Part shown: in pieces, positions 56,946-64,000 of the stretch
Position numbering within the stretch: the first letter of the stretch is position 1
How the letters are laid out: every line of letters starts with the position of its first letter
Source: Paramoeba atlantica
Lineage: Eukaryota > Protista > Discosea
Reading direction: 5' to 3'
Length of the DNA: 64,000 nt
Assembly (NCBI GenBank): GCA_977017575.1
Contig: CDRNVI010000012.1
Location: 744,001-808,000 of the forward strand
Notes under the pieces: generated by a model
The model's database searches: none
What the model saw: only the letters and a program-made list of their open reading frames with translations
Told to the model about the DNA's origin: nothing
Program-made: the position numbers and the translations under genes

Positions 56946-58373
56946 GTTAAGATTCGGATTACGCATTTATGGAAGTGCAACAATAATAACTTAAATTGAA
57001 AAATAAAACAGTGCATACGTTTTTCGTCCGTAAGAGGAATTGGCCCTTCTTCTGGTTATTTGATTACGGTTATTTGATTCTGTTAGCAATACTACATATT
57101 GGATACTAGTGTTTGGGTGCAGTGACGTGTGCTTGGGTTCGGTTGGCGGCGGATCCGGACGGAAAACCCGTTCACTTAGTATCATCTACAAACAATATAG
57201 TTTTTGATTTTCTCATGATATTTCTAGACAAGCGCTTATTTTTCATAGTTTGATTTGAAGGAAGAAGGTACGAAATTGTATGTTTCATAGTACGGTTTTC
57301 ACATCTACAAGAATTTAAGTAGGTTCATATTTCAGATTTTAGAAGTTGTATTTCAATGAAGTAGGTGCCCCGACGTGAATTTCTAGAAGTTCACGGAAGG
57401 AAATTTAGGAGGGGCTTTATAGTGATGAAAATTGGCCGACGGGCATTGTACGTTTTATTTATGAATAGTTTCTATAGTGATACATGGAAATAAATATTTT
57501 ATATATTTTGATAGTAGTCTTCAAGTTTTGCTAAGTACTACGAGTTACCCACCCACCGGCCCCCGCCATTTGGCGGCGGATCCGGACGGAAAACCCGTTC
57601 ACTTAGTATCATCTACAAACAATATAGTTTTTGATTTTCTCATGATATTTCTAGACAAGCGCTTATTTTTCATAGTTTGATTTGAAGGAAGAAGGTACGA
57701 AATTGTATATTTCATAGTACGGTTTTCACATCTACAAGAATTTAAGTAGGTTCATATTTCAGATTTTAGAAGTTGTATTTCAATGAAGTAAGTGCCCCGA
57801 CGTGAATTTCAAAGTGATCCATTAATTCCAAGCGTGACCAATACGGAATGTGATTTGGATTTGGAGCCAATTCCCACTGTCAAATCGATAGGATCGGAAT
57901 TCGTCCCGTGCGTCCGATCGGAATTCGTCCCATAGCGGTTTGATGATTGATGATTTTTAGGCAATATATCTCCGAGGAGATGTTACGGGGAGGGGGGGCA
58001 CTCGATGAATATTCATCGAACGGACAGCGCGTTCGATGAATGAAAACGCAATTTTTTTTGTAAAAAAATGCTCGACGAACGGAGCTTGTTTTTTTATTGT
58101 AAGCGAGATTGAAATACCGTTGGAAAAGGTTATAGTCCTTGCGCGCACTAATAGGGATCGTGAGGACACGTACAGAAACAGCATCTTTATGTCTTGAAGG
58201 ATTAAACCTTGCTTGCATGGTATTCTTGCGCCCAAAACAATTTTTTTTTCATTTTTTTTATTTTTTTTTATTTTTTCTTGTTTTTTTTAGCCAGTCAGGT
58301 TGAGCCCTGAGTCCCAGCAAAATAAGTAATACACAAAAAAAAGACTGCGTATGAACAAATATTATAAAAAGCA

Positions 58374-60488
58374 TCATCCCTCGTAGTCTGATGCGCAACT
58401 ATCGGAACTGAGTTCCTCAAATTCTTCGGGAACAGGAAAACCGTAGTTGTCTTTTATACACTTCATTATAAACCCCCGCTCACGAATAAGTGACCCCCCC
58501 TTATTTTTAGCACATGGGGGCGTGGGTGGGTTATCATACCACTGTTTCGTTCAAAATTTCGAGATCTGCACGTTCCCGCTGTTTTTAGCTCATTTTAAAA
58601 TTTTAAAATTTAGTCAAAAAAATAATTGGCTTTTCAACTTTTTTTTCCAAAAATGACCAAATCACCATATCGGCTTCCAAAAGGGGCGCTTACGGATAGT
58701 GGTAAGGTTCTTTTGAAGATGAGACATGCAGAAGGTGTTCCGATAAAACAATTATCCCGTGATTTTAACGTCTCTAGAAGGATAATCAAAAAATATCTGA
58801 ACGAAAAAAAATCTAGCGGGGAATACACTTTGAGTCCTGTGGGTGGAGGTATTTGTTTATTCTACCAAATGACACATCTATTACAAGTAAGACGTACATA
58901 GAAACATCAAAACAGGTAGATTTCCCCCCTAATAGTGTATTTCAACAGGATGGGGCAACGGCACATACTGCCCGTGCCTCCAAAGAGTATATTGAGAATC
59001 GAATGAGTGATGTTCTAAGAAACTGCCCCCCCAACTCGCCCGACCTTTCCCCCATAGAAAACGTCTGGTCTATGGTCCAAGAGGCGGTAGACGAACAAAC
59101 GCCATCGGACAAGCCTTCACTTATCCGATGTGTACGTAAAGCATGGTCTTCTTTAACTCAAAAAGTGATCGACAAAACAGTATTAAGTTTTGATTCTCGA
59201 CTTAAGGAGTGTATAAGATTGAAGGGCGAAAAAGTGAAAAAATGTTAATTCTTCTCTAAATTGTGCGTATTCGTTTCTTTTTGTCTCATTTCTTCACGCG
59301 CAAAGTCCTTGTGTTGAGATCTGCAAAATGCAACAAAAATCAGCTCAAACGGACATTTGTACGAAAAAAAAGAGGGGGGTCACTTTTCGTGAGCGGGGGT
59401 TTATTATCAAAGCGACTCTGCCAAGACTGCTCGAGTCCATTATGAGTATCCCCATACTTTACACACTGGAGCGCGACGTTTCGCTGCAACTCCAATGTTG
59501 TTGCCCCAAAATTATAGTGTTGGAGTCTTACCCAATACTTAATGGTGTTGTGGACACTCTCAGCACCATTAGTATGATATCCCTTCTCGTTCACAAACTC
59601 CTTACTATGATTCACGGAGTAGTGACGACAAACTTGGTCTAAACCATTGTAAGCCCCCCAACAATCGCTGACTACCACGGATCGCGCACTGGCAAGATGG
59701 GGAATGATGAAGCCATGGAGGGTAGGCGTATCACGACGCTTCACCAATTTCCAATGGGTCCGCCCCGTTTTACCAGTGCCACGAGACTCCGTGACAGTTG
59801 CGAACCACCATCCCCTTTTCCGCTGTCTACGGCCCCGATTATACTTCCGTTTGCCGATGAAGGTCTCATCGACCTGCACTCGACTGAATTCATAATCAGA
59901 CATTGTTTCGTTACGGAGCGCTGCATCAGCAAGAGTGTGCAGGAGATCCTGAACCACCTTGCGATCAAGTCCACGATTACGCGTTATTTGACCCGTGCAC
60001 ATGTTGTTCGCAATGTCTGCCCATACGAGCAAGACTTGCCCTGGAGTAAGTTGCGTACGGGGAGAAATAAATGGTGACCATTTACAAACTTTCAATCGGC
60101 AACGGTTCACCTTGCCGGGTGCTCGATGCCCACACATACTTAAATTTGGTTTCCCTGGAACGTCGGACATAAAGTGGAGCCCGTGCGAAGGACAAATGGG
60201 TGGGAAAAACAAATCATGATTCCGCATCCAGTCTTCTGCATCACGTCCTTGCGGGACATCGGTAATACTCCGCCAATGAGAAACACATGTAAAAGCGGGA
60301 CAACCATGACAAAGAGGAGGAACAGGTCGTCTGCGCCAAGTAGAGAAATCGAGTTGTTCTTGTTCGGGAGGAGGTAAATCACGCAGTCCAGTAGGCGGCC
60401 GCTCGTAAGTAACAGATTCCAGGAGAGCCATAAATCGGGCGAACATTCGCTCGTTTCGGTCTGCATCATGCTCCTGGCTGCTACGTTG
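58374..60488 (-). pseudogene. Merlin / IS1595-like (ISXO2) DDE transposase interrupted by a Tc1-like element
   Basis: VQVDETFIGKRKYNRGR, SDCWGAY, VNHSKEFV, HTNGAES; C-terminus rejoins in frame at 58468..58374. Confidence 0.88.
58471..59401 (+). mobile_element. Internally deleted Tc1/IS630-like transposon, 931 bp
   Basis: TIR AACCCCCGCTCACGAA(T)AAGTGACCCCCC, TA duplication, HTH remnant and QQDGATAH..PDLSPIE (D-35-E). Confidence 0.9.
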
Positions 60489-60592
60489 ATCCATAGGACA
60501 AAAACAAATCCGAAAAGTTATCAAAAAGCGGAAGGATTCTTAAAACTATTGCCTCATAAGTTTACAAAGATAAAATCATAACAAATCATACG

Positions 60593-61160
60593 CCTGCGTA
60601 GCGAAAACTACGAAATTCAGTGAGCTTCGCAAATTGCTTCCCACTAACGACGCACAGGGGAATCCTACGCGGGGTACGGCTCAGGCCCGCTCACGCGGGC
60701 CCTCGCCGTTTCGCGGCCGCGCGCACCCCCGCTCACGCGGGGGCCCCCGCGCGGCCAAAATGGGTACTAAAATTTGTTATCAAGGTAGTTGGGCTTCGCA
60801 AATTGCTTCCCACGAATCTAGAGAGAAGCACACGTACAATAATCTTTAACGATAAATATACAGTTTCTGTACCTTGTTGATTATTTACTTTTTTTACCTT
60901 TCATGGGAGTGTTCACACGCTCCAAAGCAAAAGAATCAGGAGTAGCTCCTGAGATTTTGCCGCTTGTTTGTTGAGTACTCAACGAAAATCCGGATTTTCT
61001 CGACGAAATCAACGAACGTACCCCCAAGCCAAAATATTATTATGTCCCAGGGCTACGCTCACAGTTGGGCCTTGCTCGCAAAGGGGGGCTTTTGCCTCCA
61101 GAAGTGGGCTACGCTCACAGTTGGGCCTTGCTCGCAGACGGGGGCCTTGCTTGCACACTT
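60593..61160. repeat. Repeat-rich segment upstream of the Merlin ORF, shared with about 36690-37270
   Basis: Near-identical GC-rich block and GCTCACAGTTGGGCC sub-repeats. Confidence 0.8.
60844..60962 (+). other. SL relic (one G>T variant) fused to the 5' UTR and first codons of a CRE ORF (MGVFTRSKAKESGVAP)
   Basis: Matches the N-terminus MGMFTRSRAKETGVAP of 514..4581. Confidence 0.8.
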
Positions 61161-61164
61161 GGGC

Positions 61165-62000
61165 TTAGCGGGACGCTAAGTTTAGAGCAGAAGGTGCCGG
61201 AAAGGCAGAAATTGATGAAGTTATTGCTGGGTGTGACAATAATGAGTCCCGAAATAAGGATGGCTCTCGATGCAATGGGGGCAATGTGGAGCGTTTCGAC
61301 GTGGCGGACACGGGCACGAATATGGGAGCGCCTGTCAGCCTTTTGCACGGGAAGGGGGATACGGATAGCGGCGTTACACGCCGTGACTTTTCTTGCCAGT
61401 TTGCAGATAAGAATACAGGCGAAACTAACTTACGCCCGAACCCTCGCCTCGATATTAAACCTTGCAGGGGAAAATACGAACCCGTTAAAATTCTACGTAA
61501 AATCTCTAATGGCGGAAGGAGAGACGGAACCATGCCGTCAAATGGAACCCCTGACGCAGCAGCACATTCAGAAATTGTGGAACCACATGGCATCCCGCGA
61601 AAAACATACGCTGCTGCTGTGCTGGAAGGAGGCAAGCCGTTGGTCCGAAACGGCAGCGTTGACCAGAGAACGGTTTTACGAAGTGGCGTCCAACAGAATT
61701 GTAATTTGGTGGGGAAGGCATACGAAGACGTCCCGCCTAAACCCATATCGCCCATCCATGTATACCGTCATCGAGGGACCGGGCACGGAGGAGCTCGCAA
61801 GGTATGTAGCGCAACTAAAGCCTCTCCAACCGATGTCATGGGCTACAACTTCACAAGTGGATGTCGAGATAAGGAAAATTCTCGGATTGGGTTTCGGGTC
61901 ACATTCGGCAAAGCGCGGGGCGATCACTCTTCTTCTCGCGGAGGTGGCAAACGGCAATCTAAATTTGGAGGAGGTCCAGCATCTTGCAAAACATCAGAGC
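61165..62000 (+). pseudogene. Tyrosine recombinase fragment (element 4), truncated by insertion of element 5
   Basis: ASRWSE, GSHSAKRG, LAKHQ; -1 frame stop-free. Confidence 0.85.
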
Positions 62001-64000
62001 GAAATCAACGACGAGAGTCTTCCACATACATTAAAAACAACTTGTAAGAAAACATTGTTGTAAGAGCTAAAGAAATATATCGCTGATATCCTGAATCTCA
62101 TCCACTGCCTATATTTACTAGCTAAAGAATATTCGTATTATTGATGCAACTATCCGGATGTATATAGCGCGCAAACTATTTCAAAAGCATAATATAAAAA
62201 TATAATACGTAGTGAAGGGGCTTTGCCCCCTGGCAAGCAGCCACTGGTTGGGGGCTGGTGGGAGGGCATCGCACACTAATAAAAATAACTTGTAAGAGAA
62301 TGTAAGCTATAAAACTATACACAATCTACAGAAAGTTATAATTTAAAACATATTAAAAGATATAATAGAATTCATAATCAGAGATTATGTGCCTCGTAGG
62401 GCCATTCGAGAAAAAGGAGTCTTTTCAAATTCGTATTTGCTCTCGTCTAAATTTCCTCTCGTAAACTATCAGAAATCAACGACGAGAGTCTTCCACATAC
62501 ATTAAAAACAACTTGTAAGAAAACATTGTTGTAAGAGCTAAAGAAATATATCGCTGATATCCCGAATCTCATCCACTGCCTATATTTACTAGCTAAAGAA
62601 TATTCGTATTATTGATGCAACTATCCGGATGTATATAGCGCGCAAACTATTTCAAAAGCATAATATAAAAATATAATACGTAGTGAAGGGGCTTTGCCCC
62701 CTGGCACGCAGCCACCACCCCGATCGCTCGTCTCCTCACAACATCCTGTCTCTCGTATATTAAATCGCTGCACGTTCCACATATAAAATTCCATTGCGAA
62801 GCTGGCCAAGCTGCGAACGGAAGCTTGATAAACCTACATTTGATCATTCACTAAATACATATTATTATTATTTTTTTAAGAAGAAGAAGAAGCAATCATT
62901 TTTTTTGTGTGTGTGTGTGTTTAATCTCTAAAAATTTCTGCTTATTGGGTCCGCTGGATTTAGTTTCGTAGAAATATAATGAGCTTGAATACATATTCCT
63001 TTATTCTTTAAACTCTGTAAAATGCTTTTCAATTCTTTCGCTATGCCATCAGACTTGCATATTTTCCGATTCAACGCTACTCGACAAGACGTATTATCAA
63101 TCCAAAGCTGAACGCAAGTCCCTTGCTCGAAATATTTTTGGAATTCTTCGAGGGCGAATCGCACCGCCGCCGCTTCTGATTTGTTAACTTCGTAGGTCCA
63201 TTCTGCTGGCCAAGGTGCGCCCAAAATCTTAACCTCTCCGCTATCCATGTACAGAATTGCTCCCCATCCTTTTGAGGAGGCGTCTGTAAAGAGTTTATGA
63301 CGCGGAGGTGCAGTGGCGGGGTGAGGGGGTGCTCTTATCGGCACGTTTTTAATCAAGTCGTCACGCCATTGAGCTAAGATCACACGAGTTTTCATGGGAA
63401 GATCCACGATTTTGTCCTTTGCAAAAGGATGTCGGTTCAAGTAATTAATACGTCGTTGTACTATTTTTATCGCAAAGTGATATTGCGGGATTACCACACC
63501 AAGTATCGAAGAGCAGTACAGTAGACGCCCCACCGCCGCCTCCAGCTCTAAGAAAGTGAGTCTCGAAAAAGTATCCCGTTTCAATTTGCTCACAACCTTC
63601 GGTCCCAAGCAGACCCGGCTTGATGCGTGATCAAATTTCACTCCGTTGAACACGTATTATTTCGTCGGAGGAACGTCCTGATCTTTAAATCGAGCTCCTG
63701 CCACTCGCGCACGCGAGTCAATAAAATAAACATACTCGTCTGCATGTTTTCTAGATCCGGAAAAACGAACTCCATCTATATAGATATCAGTAGAACCGTG
63801 TTGATACGACTGGGATTTTGAGCAATAATCTTTATTTCCTGCCAACGCTGCTGTCATGCAATGCATAATTTCAGGCGCACATCTGTGGCCCATGGGTAAA
63901 ACATTCATTTCGTATAATTGCCCATCTTCTGCACGAAACCGAAACTTTGCTCGGGATCGTAAGGGTAAGCCAACCTGGTCAAAACCACACATTAGATCAC
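62001..64000 (-). mobile_element. 3' part of a VIPER/TATE-like YR retrotransposon (element 5): RT/RH + B1-A2-spacer-B2
   Basis: YIDG, FTDAS, WIDNTS; B1 62472-62715 = B2 62001-62244; in-frame TAA at 63657-63659. Confidence 0.88.

Larger units (their letters stand above)
52973..57810 (+). mobile_element. Essentially complete VIPER/TATE-like YR retrotransposon (element 3) with split direct repeats
   Basis: A1 52973-53135 = A2 57384-57547; B1 57144-57383 = B2 57571-57810; gag, YR, RT/RH all present. Confidence 0.92.

Noticed and set aside
63657-63659. In-frame TAA between RT and RNase H of element 5 as readthrough
   Set aside because: Homologous positions are sense codons in elements 1, 2 and 3; it is a point mutation or error.

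Overview
Eukaryotic, almost entirely transposon-derived window with no recognisable housekeeping gene, rRNA, tRNA or CRISPR. A 36-nt sequence closely resembling the euglenozoan spliced-leader (SL) exon recurs at the 5' ends of unrelated inserts. Together with the element inventory, this points to a kinetoplastid-like or other euglenozoan host (inference). Contents: (1) many CRE/SLACS-clade RT + restriction-like-endonuclease retrotransposons, one full length (514..4581); (2) APE-RT-RNase H LINEs, one intact (22792..26874), plus an RTE-like 3' fragment; (3) five tyrosine-recombinase (YR) retrotransposons with VIPER/TATE gene order gag-YR-RT/RH; (4) a Merlin (IS1595-like) transposase interrupted by a Tc1/IS630-like element, and a non-autonomous TIR element; (5) a 17-19 bp minisatellite, SINE-like inserts and a 3 x 2334 bp tandem chimera. 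The best candidate new system is the YR retrotransposon family. Its termini join into a conserved 22-bp near-palindromic att-like site, it has split direct repeats, and it integrates without a target duplication. It also carries a conserved -1 frameshift signal at the end of gag, leading into an RT reading frame that overprints the whole YR gene, and a YxDG RT motif. Also notable are the SL-capped retrocopies and an unassigned covarying RNA motif present six times.
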